From assembly GCA_951406725.2 (NCBI GenBank), contig OX597834.1, forward strand, positions 6,076,001-6,140,000: a stretch of 64,000 bases of DNA. Direction: 5' to 3'. This stretch comes from Octopus vulgaris. Lineage: Eukaryota. The notes under the pieces were generated by a model that saw only the letters and a program-made list of their open reading frames with translations, ran no database searches and was not told the origin of the DNA. The translations under genes were made by a program, and so were the position numbers. Of this stretch, positions 12,347 to 24,089 are shown one piece after another (the first letter of the stretch is position 1; every line of letters begins with the position of its first letter).

Positions 12347-12600
12347 TCATCATCATCATTTAACGCCCGCTTTCCATGCTAGCATGGGTTGGACGGCTCA
12401 ACTGGGGTCTGGGAAGCCAGAAGGCTGCACTAGGCCCAGTCTGATCTGGCAGTGTTTCTACAGCTGGATACCCTTCCTAATGCCAACCACTCCGAGAGTG
12501 TAGTGGGTGCTTCTTACATGCCACCAGCACAGGTGCCAGACGAGGCTGGCAAACGGCCACGATCAGATGGTGCTTTTTACGTGCCACTGGCACGGGGACC
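12347..12600 (-). mobile_element. SINE/repeat family C
   Basis: (CAT)n followed by family C core. Confidence 0.85.
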
Positions 12601-12840
12601 AGACAAAATTTTAGTTTTATGCAAAATTGTAGGGGGATTTTATTCAAAGACCATTGCATGTAACTTATGGCTTGCCATTGCTTATGTGTGTATTATATGA
12701 TCACCATTACCGACCAAGATTCTCCATATTCCTCACAAAGCACACAACATGACAACATAATTTTATCCTTTAAGTAGTTTACACACAGGTGCCCTAGGTA
12801 TGGAAAAAAAAATCCAATAACATTGGGAAGAAATCCCTTG

Positions 12841-13072
12841 GCATTTAAAAAAAATTTAATTTGACTTGAGATACCACAAAACGCTTGTTGTGGGTCTCAA
12901 ACAAAAGCCCTCTATTTAAGGATTAAAATAGGGTTATATGTACATTGTGTGAATTAAAGAATTATGAAATTGCCTTTGGTTATAATGAAAGTAATCTCTA
13001 AAAGAATAAGTTGAGAGATGAGAAAATGTCTGATTAAATATGAATCAAAAAGCATTTTGCTTCCAACTACTT
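12841..13072. repeat. ~230-bp local direct duplication, copy 1
   Basis: Colinear with 14458-14688. Confidence 0.9.
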
Positions 13073-13478
13073 TATTTTTTTATTTTATTTTATTTTATCT
13101 AGTTTCAGCTCACGAACTGTGGCCATGCTGGGGCACTGCCATTTGGTGTTGCTACATGATTTTACTTCACAAATGCTTTTTAGCAATTGCCATTTGGTGC
13201 ATTAGAGAGTTCGATGCAGCTGCCCTCATCTGCACCTCCTGCCGTGAAGTTGGTTCATCTGGGACACCGGACAGGAAGAGATCCAGTTTTATTTTAAAGA
13301 CATCTGCATCCACCCCATGCAGGTCTCTCAGGTTCTTCGGGAGGATATTGAAGAGCTGTGAGCCTCTGAAGCCCAGGCTATCACAGTATCTTATCCTACA
13401 TCTTGATGGCAAATTTGGAGTCCTTGGCACTATGCAGTGGTGCCCAGTTCTAGTATTTGTGTAACTCTCGATACCAAA
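13073..13478 (-). mobile_element. CR1/L2-group LINE 3' fragment
   Basis: GHHCIVPRT...RYCDSLGFRGSQLFNILPKNLRDLHGVDADVFKIKLDLFLSGVPDEP...AASNSLMHQ then short 3' UTR and (AAAAT)n tail. Confidence 0.8.
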
Positions 13479-13596
13479 ATCTTGAACAAAAATCCCTACA
13501 AGTGGGAGGTACTCACACTTATGATGCCTGTAAAATTACTTCCATGCTTCCTTATATGGTATGCAAGTTCCCTCGTTTACAAAAATGTTATTGAGT

Positions 13597-13812
13597 TACT
13601 CTTTTTTTTTTACTCTTTTACTTGTTTCAGTCAATTGACTGCGGCCATGCTGGAGCACCGCCTTTAATCGAGCAACTCGACCCCGGAACTTATTCTTTGT
13701 AAGCCCAGTACTTATTCTATCGGTCTCTTTTGCCGAACCGCTAAGTGACGGGGACATAAACACACCAGCATCGGTTGTCAAGCAATGCTAAGGGACAAAC
13801 ATAGACACACAA

Positions 13813-13845
<33 letters not shown>

Positions 13846-14000
13846 CGACGGGCTTCTTTCAGTTTCCGTCTACCAAATCCACTCACAAGGCATTGGTCGG
13901 CCCGAGGCTATAGCAGAAGACACTTGCCCAAGATGCCACGCAGTGGGACTGAACCCGGAACCATGTGGTTGGTAGGCAAGCTACTTACCACACAGCCACA
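13597..14000 (-). mobile_element. SINE family A
   Basis: Full copy. Confidence 0.9.
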
Positions 14001-14457
14001 TTCATTTCTTTGTCATAACCCGTTTTCCAGAATCCTTGGTCTTCCTAATTTTCTTTTAATTTGGGTCTGTAAGTCCTTTACCTTCAGACAGAGCTACACA
14101 TTTTGCTTCCCTTTACATTCTTCAAGCCCGTTTTCTCTCTCTTGCTCTCAATCATATTCGTTTGTATTCTTCCTTCACTTTTCATGCCCATTCGCACCTC
14201 TGCACACATGCATGTGTGTACATGTACACACACGTACACACTTATTTTATCAAACCCACAAAGGCTAACAGACAATATTCATCCACTTGACTTAAATTTC
14301 AACTAAGAGGATACAAGAAAGTAATTAATATCGTGTTAGGCAAACAGTTTGAAACATAAATGAATCTGCCATTTCACAATCTTCAAGGATAGAAGAAGGT
14401 CAATCCATCAAAACTGACCTCTAAGGATGAAACTTATTCAGTTATAATTCCACTAAG

Positions 14458-14688
14458 ACATTTAAAGAAATGTAATTTGATTTGAGATACCACAAAACGC
14501 TTGTTGTGGGTCTCAAACAAAAGCCCTTTATTTAGGATTGAAATAGGGTTATATGTACATTGTGTGAATTAAAGAATAATGAAATTGCTTTTGGTTAGAA
14601 TTGAGAATAATCTCTAAAAGAGTAAGTTGAGTGATGAGAAAATGTCTTATTAAATATGAATCAAAAGGCATTTTGCTTTCGACTACTT
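14458..14688. repeat. ~230-bp local direct duplication, copy 2
   Basis: Colinear with 12841-13072. Confidence 0.9.
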
Positions 14689-15178
14689 GAACAAAAATCC
14701 TTATAGAGGAAGAATTCAACAGTTTTTTCAAGTTTTCTAAAGCATTCTAGAATATTTCAAAGACCCTTTAGGCTAAAAAATAAATCATCTCATTTTGATT
14801 GTCAGTGCCTGTTAAAAACTGATGTCAAAGCTGGCCTCTACAGAAAAATTTTAAAAGAAAGCTGCAGTCAATAAAATAGTTCCAAATACTTGAAAAACCA
14901 AGTTGGTCTTCCTGAGATTTGAACTCAGAACATGGAAGGGAATAATTAAATGAAGAAAACATTTAACCCATTGCTCCAGCAATTTTGTCCTGTACTCAAG
15001 AAGACCCAACCTCCACGGCAGAAGAGTTAGGACTGCATCCCCTAGCAAAGAGGATTGGCCTAGCAAAGAGTCCTGTGTCAGTGCCCTGTAAAAAGCACTT
15101 GTGCCGGTCCCCACACAAAAGGGTTCATGTTGGTGCCACCTTAAAAGCACTCAGCAGATACTGAAATCATCCAACCCA

Positions 15179-15416
15179 TACCTATTTCTTTACTACCCAC
15201 AAGGGGCTAAACACAGAGAGGACAAACAAGGACAGACAAATGGATTAAGTCGATTATATCGACCCTAGTGTGTAACTGGTACTTATTTAATCGACCCCGT
15301 AAGGATGAAAGGCAAAGTCGACCTTGGCGGAATTTGAACTCCGAACGTAGCGGCAGACGAAATACCGCTAAGCATTTCGCCCAGCATGGAAACGTTTCTG
15401 TGAGCTCGCCGCCTTC
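15179..15416 (-). mobile_element. SINE family B nested in a family C copy
   Basis: TSD AAATCATCCAACCCATACC at 15164 and 15418. Confidence 0.9.
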
Positions 15417-15539
15417 TAAATCATCCAACCCATACCAGCATGGAAAACGGACGTTAAAGGATGATGATGATTAAGATGATGATTCTCTTCTTGGACTAAC
15501 AGAAAAATGAACCCCGCTTCTCTTTTAAAAATTCCTGGC

Positions 15540-15857
15540 CCTCGGTCAGTTATAACGACAAAGGTTCCAGTTGGTCCAGTTGATGGAACAGCCTGCTTGT
15601 GAAATTAACGTGCAAGTGGCTGAGCACTCCACAGACACACGTACCCTTAATGTAGTTCTCGGGGAGATCCAGTGTGACATGGAATGTGACAAGGCTGACC
15701 CTTTGAAATACAGGTACCACTCATTTTTGCCAGCTGAGTGGGGACTGGAGCAGCATGAAAATAAAGTGTCTTGCTCAAGGACACAACAAAACATCACTGG
15801 GAATTAAACTCACAACCTTTCAATCCTGAGTGTAATTACCCTACCCACTATGCCACA
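15540..15857 (-). mobile_element. SINE family D
   Basis: Shares ACGTGCAAGTGGCTGAGCACTCCACAGACAC core with 50450-50833; tRNA-like head at right end. Confidence 0.75.
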
Positions 15858-15890
15858 CCAGGGTTAGAGAAATAAAGAGGAAGCAGTAAC

Positions 15891-16286
15891 CATTCATTTG
15901 ACTGCGGCCATGCTGGAGCACTGCCTTTAGTCGAGCAAATCGACCCCAGGACTTGTTCTTTGTAAGCCCAGTACTTATTCTATCGGTTTCTTTTGCCGAA
16001 CCACTAAGTGACGGGGACGTAAACACACCAGCATCGGTTGTCAAGCAATGCTAGGGGGACAAACACAGATACACAAACATGTACACACACATACATATAT
16101 ATATATAGATATATATATATACGACGGGCTTCTTTCAGTTTCCGTCTACCAAATCCACTCACAAGGCATTGGTCGGCCCGAGGCTATAGCAGAAGACGCT
16201 TACCCAAGGTGCCACGCAGTGGGACTGAAACCGGAACCATGTGGTTGGTAAGCAAGCTACTTACCACACAGCCACTCCTGCGCCTA
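15891..16286 (-). mobile_element. SINE family A
   Basis: Near full copy. Confidence 0.9.
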
Positions 16287-16509
16287 TAATGTTAGTATTC
16301 ACGAAATCTGTGTGTTAAGGTTTTGTTTATTTATTTAGTTGTCTCCACTTAGTTAAAAGTATAGAGTTGAAAGAGAATTCAGGCAGAGAGTTTTAGTGTA
16401 TCAAAAGATGGAATTTAGCTTTGTATAACTAACATCAGATTGCCTGGCTATTTATTTCCTTCAATTTCATCCAATTCTGTCATCCATAAGTATATTTGAA
16501 TATCTATTT

Positions 16510-17860
16510 TTAACATGCATAAGATCTGGTCATCAAATCTAAGTAGAGACTTCAAACTTGAAACCTTCAAAGCCACAGTCGAACCAATTCTACTATATGG
16601 CTCAGAAAACCTGGACGTTATCAAAGAAGCTTGAGAGGCGGTTGGATGGAACCTACACTCGCCTCCTTATGAGAGCTCAAAATCTCGCGCCATCCAACCA
16701 AAATGCAAATATATGGGAAACTACCACCGAGAACCACACTCGCCTCCTTATGAGACTCAAATCTCTCGTGGGCGCATCCAACAAAATCAAATATATGGGA
16801 AACTACCACCTGTATCATCTCAGAGCCATAGGTTGCAGGGTTGTTGAGATTTCAAACTTAAAATCTTCAAAGCCACAGTCAAACTAATTCTACTATATGG
16901 CTCAGAAACCTGGACGTTATCAAAGAAGCTTGAGAGGCGGTTGGATGGAACCTACACTCGCCTCCTTATGAGAGCTCAACATCTCTCATGGAAGCGTCAT
17001 CCAACCAAAATGCAAATATATGGGAAACTACCACCTGTGTCATCTCTTGTGAAAGGTAAGAGAGTCCAGTTTCCTGGACATTGTTGTAGAGCTGAAAAAG
17101 AGGCAATTTCTCCTCTTCTCCTCTGGAAGCCACCTGCTCGCAATACCAGAGGGCGCACACTCTCCTACCCTGATGTAATCTCCAGGGATACAGGCATCCA
17201 GCAACAGGGCCTCCGTAATGCTATGATGGACCGTGAAGTCTGGCGTAGCATGGTAAATTCCATTGTCTCGACCACGGTTACGATACCAGAGGGCACACAC
17301 TCTACTACCTTGATGTAATCTCCAGGGATACAGGCATCCAGCAACAGGACCTCCGTAATGCCATGATGGACTATGAAGTCTGGCGTAGCATGGTAAATTC
17401 CATTGTCTCGACCACGGTTACGATACCAGAGGGCACACACTCTCCTACCCTGATGTAATCTCCAGGGATACAGGCATCCAGCAACAGGACCTCCGTAATG
17501 CTATGATGGACCGTGAAGTCTGGCGTAGCATGGTAAATTCCATTGTCTCGACCACGGTTATGATACCAGAGGGCACACACTCTCCTACCCTGATGTAATC
17601 TCCAGGGATACAGGCATCCAGCAACAGGACCTCCGTAATGCCATGATGGACCGTGAAGTCTGGCATAGCATGGTAAATTCCATTGTCTCGACCACGGTTA
17701 CGATACCAGAGGGCACACTCTCTCCTACCCTGATGTAATCTTCCAGGGATACAGGCATCCAGCAACAGGACCTCCGTAATGCCATGATGGACTGTGAAGT
17801 CTGGCGTAGCATGGTAAATTCCATTGTCTCGATCACGGTCGAACAATGATGATGATGATT
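16510..17860 (+). mobile_element. RTE-clade LINE 3' fragment with internal duplication and 5x140-bp terminal array
   Basis: LLYGSETWTLSKKLERRLDGTYTRLLMRAQHLSWKRH...VQFPGHCCRAEKEAISPLLLWKP...MMDREVWRS; (TGA)n tail. Confidence 0.85.
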
Positions 17861-18274
17861 TTTAGCTTTCGGCAATGTCTTTCTGCTACGCTGTCTTTGT
17901 CTGGAATCTTAACACATAACACTGTCCTGCCTCATATAATATATTCTGGCAAATATCTTCACTTGTAAAAATAATGTTTTACAAGTCGTAAATGTTTTTT
18001 AAAAACCAAAAACCTCGACTTGCTTTTGATTTTGTCATTTGTTATGCCAGGTAAGTGAATTTCTCCATCCGTCTTAGAAGATTTGTTCTTACTAGCTAGA
18101 ATTCTATGTTGTTTATCAAAAAGTAATCTTTACATTCAGCTGAACATGAATGTCTTGGAATGCTAAATATTGAGACCCCTCTCATGTAAGTATTTGATGC
18201 GTAAATGCACAGGCATAAGTTTTAGTAGACGAGAATCATTTGTCATGGGTGGCTGCTTGTAGATATAAACATTA

Positions 18275-18575
18275 TATGGGAAGGCTTAGTGGGTAGGGCA
18301 TTCAGCTGAAGATCATAAGGTCGGGAATTTGATACCTGATGGTGTTGTGCCCTTATGGGAAGGCTTAGTGGGTAGGGCATTTAGCTGAAGGTCCTAAGGT
18401 CGTGGATTTGATACCTGGTGGGTGTTGTGCCCTTATGGGATGGCTTAGTGGGTAGGGCATTCAGCTGAAGATCATAAGGTCGGGAATTTGATACCTGATG
18501 GTGTTGTGCCATTATGGGAAGGCTTAGTGGGTAGGGCATTCAGCTGAAGATCATAAGGTCATGAATTTGATACCT
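18275..18575 (+). repeat. 79-80-bp tandem array (~3.8 copies) of a tRNA-like SINE head
   Basis: Units start at 18275, 18354, 18434 and 18513; A-box-like GGCTTAGTGG and B-box-like GAATTTGATACC. Confidence 0.8.
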
Positions 18576-18589
18576 TTTATTGATGTTGG

Positions 18590-19035
18590 AAAGGCACAGG
18601 TGTGGTTGTGTAGTAGGCAGCTTGCTTCCAAACCACATGATTCTGGGTTCAGTTCCACTGCATAGCACCATGGGCAATTGTGTTCTACTATAGCCCCAAG
18701 TTTACTAAATTCTTGTGAGTGGATTTGGTAGATGGAAACTGAAAGAAGACTGTCATATATAAATGTGTGTGTGTATGCGTGTGTGTGTGCGTGTGTGTAT
18801 GTGTGTGTGTGTGTGCGTGTGTGTTTGTCACCCCCACCCCCATAACCACTTGGCAACCGGTGGTGATGTATTTAGTCCCTGCATAATTTAGCAGTTCAGC
18901 AAAAGAGACGAATAGAATAAGTACTAAGCTTTAAAAATAAGTCCTGAGGTTGATTTGTTCAACTAAAACCCTCCAAGACAGTGCTCCAGTATGGCCACAG
19001 TCAAATGACTAAAGCAAGTAAAAGAATAAAAGAAA
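18590..19035 (+). mobile_element. SINE family A, diverged copy
   Basis: Head GGCACAGGTGTGGTTGTG through to tail. Confidence 0.8.
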
Positions 19036-19099
19036 GATAAAAATTAAAGGTGGCATCGACAGGATTTGAACTTAGAACATAATGGTACAAGGCTAACGG

Positions 19100-19270
19100 T
19101 GGCACCCACTACACTCGCGGAGTGGTTGGCGTTAGGAAGGGCATCCAGCTGTAGAAACACTGCCAGATCAGACTGGAGCCTGGTGCAGCCTCCTGGCTTC
19201 CCAGACCCCGGTCGAACCGTCCAACCCGTGCTAGCACGGAAAACGGACGTTAAACGATGATGATGATGAT
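19100..19270 (+). mobile_element. SINE/repeat family C, 3' part
   Basis: Core plus (GAT)n tail. Confidence 0.85.
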
Positions 19271-19789
19271 TGTAGTTGTTCTGCAAATTCAACCAATTTT
19301 CTTGTGACGAGAATAGCAAAAACAAAATTATAACACTCATCCGTAGGGAATACATCAAAATTATTTTACTTCTCCTTATGTCTTTATTCATTAGCTATTC
19401 CATCTTAATAATATATTTTCGGTGTACAAATGCAAAGCATGTACTAGCTCTTGAAAGCATTATTTTAACATGCAAAAGGTAAATTCTTGAAAAAGCATAA
19501 GAATCTTTATGTAGAAACAAAAAAGGAAAAAAATGATGAAATAGAAAATTATACCATTTTATTTTATAGCAATATTTCCATATCTTGATTTGAATTCAAG
19601 TCTAAAATAAAACTATGAATGTATGTAAAATAAAATTTTACATAAATTTTTCTTTTTGCTTAATGGGATTATAAAGATATTTCCGAGTAAAGAAAATACT
19701 GCTTACATAATATTTTGAAATGACATTTAAATCTAACAGTATATCCTCTCCCTCTTACCCTCTCTTCATATGTGTGTGTGTGTGTGCAT

Positions 19790-19979
19790 ATAGATCGTTA
19801 GCCACTACACAGATTTTTTCTCTCCTTGTTTCTTTCCTCGTTTTTTTCTGTATCCCTTTCTGTAGAAGAGCGTAGGCTCGAAACGTAAAAGACTTTTTCT
19901 ATTCCTGAGCGCGTTATACTAATACATCTGTTTGTTTTGTACACCACCTGTCTTCGTCTTTTGTTTTTTCGTAAATTCT

Positions 19980-19983
<4 letters not shown>
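19790..19983 (+). mobile_element. Solo Penelope-like terminal repeat (pLTR family 1) abutting (TA)n
   Basis: Same ~190-bp unit flanks the Penelope ORF at 43788 and 46568; another copy at 59313. Confidence 0.75.
19856..19891 (+). ncRNA. Minimal type I hammerhead ribozyme variant (CUGUAGA core)
   Basis: CUUU-CUGUAGA-A-GAGC(GUAG)GCUC-GAAA-CG-UA-AAAG: stems I and II pair, palindromic ACGU stem III. Confidence 0.6.
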
Positions 19984-20059
<76 letters not shown>

Positions 20060-20495
20060 ATACAAGGACGGTTCCTTTTGATACCAGCAAGAAACAATAA
20101 TAAACTTCTTTACTACACTCAACTATAATATAGCGATTATACCAACTACCGACAAAACACCACCATATGGATTCTATTTTTGATAAGGTTCGTTTTTTCA
20201 AGAACCGAAACATTTAAAATTCATAAGAAAATTAAAATTTATCTAATATAGTGGCGTTTTCAAACTTCTTTTTTACAAATATATACCCACTCGTATACGA
20301 TCTACTCTTATTATAAATATATATATATAAATTATTTATATATATACTAGCAAACGTACTGGTCCTTTGTATGATTTAAGCTGTTTCGGTGGTATTTTTT
20401 TCACCAAATAATTGAACTTTCGAGGAGGTTTATGAGTTACACCACAATCCATGTTTCCGATTAACCTAAGAACGGAAAATCAAATTGAAGGCTCG

Positions 20496-20712
20496 TCATC
20501 ATTGTTCGACCATGGTCGAGACAATGGAATTTACTATGTTACGCCAGACTTCACGGTCAATCATAGCATTACGGAGGTCCTGTTGCTGGATGCCTGTATC
20601 CCTGGAGATTACATCAGGGTAAGAGAGTGTGCGTCCTCTGATATCATGAGCAGATGGCTTCCAGAGGAGAAGAGTAGAAATCACCACGTTTTCAGCTCTA
20701 CAACAATGTCCA
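20496..20712 (-). mobile_element. RTE LINE 3' fragment (same family as 16510)
   Basis: LLLWKPSAHDIRGRTLSYPDVISRDTGIQQQDLRNAMIDREVWRNIVNSIVSTMVEQ stop. Confidence 0.85.
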
Positions 20713-21376
20713 GGCTGGTTATTGTAGATGTTGTTGCACCTTAATGATCATAGAACATATAAGTTTGCAAGCGATGCAAAGTAGAGGTACTGAAGTGTTT
20801 TGGGAGTAGATTACGGATCCTGACTACAAAATATAGTTGTTTTACATGAACGTGAAATTTTCTGTCAGAAACAGCTACATAAATGCTGTAAGGAAATTGA
20901 AGGAAGACGTTGAAATGTCCCCTCTGCGAGTTTATTTTATTCAACTACAAAGGGAGCTATTTTTTCGGAGAGATAAACTAACAAAAGCCTCCTTATTCTG
21001 TCGCCCCACATAACCAGCACATAAATTAACAGCAAATGCCACATAAAGTTAAATGGGTATAGAGCTCTCTGAAAGATAGCTTTCACTAGTGGAAGCAAAA
21101 CTCGGCAGAATTATGATGTAAGCATGTGCTAAAACTCATCATAACTTTTTTTTATTTTTACGAAATTTTACAATTTTTTTTTAGATTCTGTCTTCTGCAT
21201 AAAAGAATTGATACGATTATGCAAACAGAAAGGGATTATTTTAATTCCTTTTATATATATATATATATATAAATTCAGGGTGAGTACTTGATAATTGTAA
21301 GCACCTGTATATACCATTTGGTGGTGTAGGTGGTTGAGTAAATTAATCAAAATAAAAACATGATGCTAAGGATTCA

Positions 21377-21454
21377 GCGGTACATATGTTTCGGGCCTTT
21401 ATTAGACGGATTTATAACAATGCATAATGTGTGTCTATGGCCTTCTTCAGCCGC
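21377..21454 (-). ncRNA. Type I hammerhead ribozyme with extended stem II
   Basis: GCGG-CUGAAGA-AGGCC...GGCCC-GAAA-CAUAUG-UA-CCGC. Confidence 0.7.
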
Positions 21455-22616
21455 GCACAACTACTACCCCAAGGACATGTATTACATCAAAAATTCTACG
21501 TTGGGGATGCAAATCCTCTCATTCGCGTATGACATAATGCGGCAACAGCATAAAAATGAAGCGTCCATCTCGTCCTTCTCTCAATGTAGAATGAGGGAGT
21601 TTGGATGTTGAGGTAATATAAATAAATGAATAAATAAATATATATATATATAAATACAGACAGACGTGAAGGAACCTGGTAATAAGAGCAAATAGGGATA
21701 AAGGTGGAGGGGCGAGAATTCAGGACGAAGGATAAAAAATATATGTAAAAAGTGTAAGTATAGAAAAATATAAAAATGTAGAGTATAAAGAGATATAAAA
21801 AGATATTAAAAAAATATAAAAAAATATAAATGAATATAAAGGTATAAAGTTATAAAAAAAAATAAAAAAAAAATAAAAAAAAAAAAATAAAGAAAATAAA
21901 AAAATTATCAGAAGTATAAAGGGTATAAGAGTGTAGAAATGTAAAAGAATATAAGGATAAGGGATATAAAGTAGTTACGGACCAAACATGGTGGTCAGGA
22001 AAATGACAAATTCTGGTTGTAGAAGCCTTGGGTGTCATAAATCAACCGGGGCGTCTGGGGACCTAGTGTATTGTAAATTAGAGTTGTTGAGCCGCTTATC
22101 TAGTTCTTCGTAACGTATTAAGTGGTATTTATGTACATACGTACACGCATGGATACATACACCCATGGATACCCATGTGCGCGTCACTTTGGTGTCACTT
22201 TGGTGACAACTCTTGAGTTGAGAGAGAGCTAACATCAGTTCGTGAACCGACCACTAGAACACAAACACAAACTATGCAAGGAAAATCTACACCTATCTTT
22301 ATTTCGCATGCTTTACGATTTTATCACCTGCCCATCGAGGCAAAGTATTGTATAATATAACAGGTAAAAATAAATATTTTCTTCACAACTTCAACCACTG
22401 TTCTTTCATCTTAACATAATGGCTATCAATGAAGAACTAATCCTTTCCTAACAGATGACATTCCATCCAACTGTGTATCGACTATCGTCTTCTCGTATTA
22501 TTGTTTACTAATTAATATCATCCATTACGATATCTTTGACAAAAGTCCATTGAAAGCAGTGCTGCAGCATGACCGCAGTTAAATGACTGAAACAAATAAA
22601 AGAATAAGAGAGTATA

Positions 22617-22675
<59 letters not shown>

Positions 22676-22679
<4 letters not shown>

Positions 22680-22865
22680 GAAATGAAGAAAATGCTGACA
22701 AGATAATTTAAGTAATTTAATTAGGTGAAAGTTCTTTTTACCAGTTGCGCATTTGTTATGCTTATCAAAAGATGTTTTTTTAAGAGAGATAAAGAAAGAA
22801 CTTTCACCTAATAAAATTACTTAAATTACTTAAATTATTTTGTCAGCATTTTCTTCATTTCCTTT
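22676..22865. repeat. Inverted repeat (~65-bp arms) beside (TA)n, probable Penelope inverted terminus
   Basis: AAAGGAAATGAAGAAAATGCTGAC...GAAAGTTCTTT mirrored; spacer holds a decayed HHR-like motif on minus. Confidence 0.7.
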
Positions 22866-22903
22866 TTTATATATCACAACTCGTGTTCCACATCTCCTTT
22901 TTT

Positions 22904-22953
<50 letters not shown>

Positions 22954-22980
22954 TATATATATTATATTAAATTATATATA

Positions 22981-23657
22981 TTAGGTTGCAGAATAATTCA
23001 TGAGTGTTTTTTTTTTTTCAAATTTATTTTAAACAAAAACTGCAATAATTTAATCAATAATAATACCCTCCTTTGTTGTTTACAACTTCCTCTCACCGTT
23101 GAATAAGTTTTTTGATGCCTTGGCAATGGAAATCTCCCAGTCTTGAATCAAAGAATTCGTCCAACGAAGCTCTCAATTCTACATCATTATTGAACAATAC
23201 ACTGTGCAAAGCATTTGAGAGCGGTCAAAAGAAATGAAAATTTGACATCACCAAGTGTGGAGTGTATGAAGGATGAGGCGGCACTTCTCATTTGAGTTCT
23301 TGAATCACAGCTTTGGTCATATTGACGATGTGAGGACAGACGTTGTGTTGCAGAAGAATGGCCATTTCATATATACGGTCCATTTTGCTGAATCGCTTCA
23401 TTGAGTCAGTGCAGTTGTTGAATGTAGAGTCCTACATTGAGTACTTGGTTGCACTCAAGCAGTTCGTAATGAATTATGCCTTCCCAGTCCCACCATACAC
23501 ACAACATAGTCTTTCAAGGATGAAGGTCTTGTTTTGCTCATGGAATCCCTTGTTTGTTGGGGCTGAGCCCTTTTTTTTACTGTTTCATATTGATGTAAAA
23601 GCACCATTGTTCATCACCAGTGACAATGCAGTAAAGAACACATTTTTTGTGACCATG
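22981..23657 (-). pseudogene. Mariner (DD34D) transposase remnant with 3' TIR
   Basis: IVTGDEQWCFY...MLCVWWDWEGIIHYELL...PHPSYTPHL...FHFF with stops; TA|TTAGGTTG terminus. Confidence 0.85.
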
Positions 23658-23821
23658 TGGCGCAGGAGTGGCTGTGTGGTAAGTAGCTTGCTAACCAACC
23701 ACATGGTTCCGGGTTCAGTCCCACTGCGTGGCATCTTGGGCAAGTGTCTTCTACTATAGCCTCGGGCCGACCAAAGCCTTGTGAGTGGATTTGGTAGACG
23801 GAAACTGAAAGAAGCCCGTCG

Positions 23822-23874
<53 letters not shown>

Positions 23875-24089
23875 CTGTGTTCGTTCCCCTAGCATTGCTT
23901 GACAACCGATGCTGGTGTGTTTATGTCCCCGTCACTTAGCAGTTCGGCAAAAATAGACCAATAGAATGAGTACTGGGCTTACAAAAGAATAAGTCCCGGG
24001 GTTGAGGTGCTCGATTAAAGGTGGTGCTCCAGCATGGCCGCAGTCAACTGACTGAAACAAGTAAAAGAGTAAAAGAGAGAGAGTAAAGA
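23658..24089 (+). mobile_element. SINE family A
   Basis: Full copy starting GGCGCAGGAGTGGCTGTGTGGTAAG. Confidence 0.9.
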
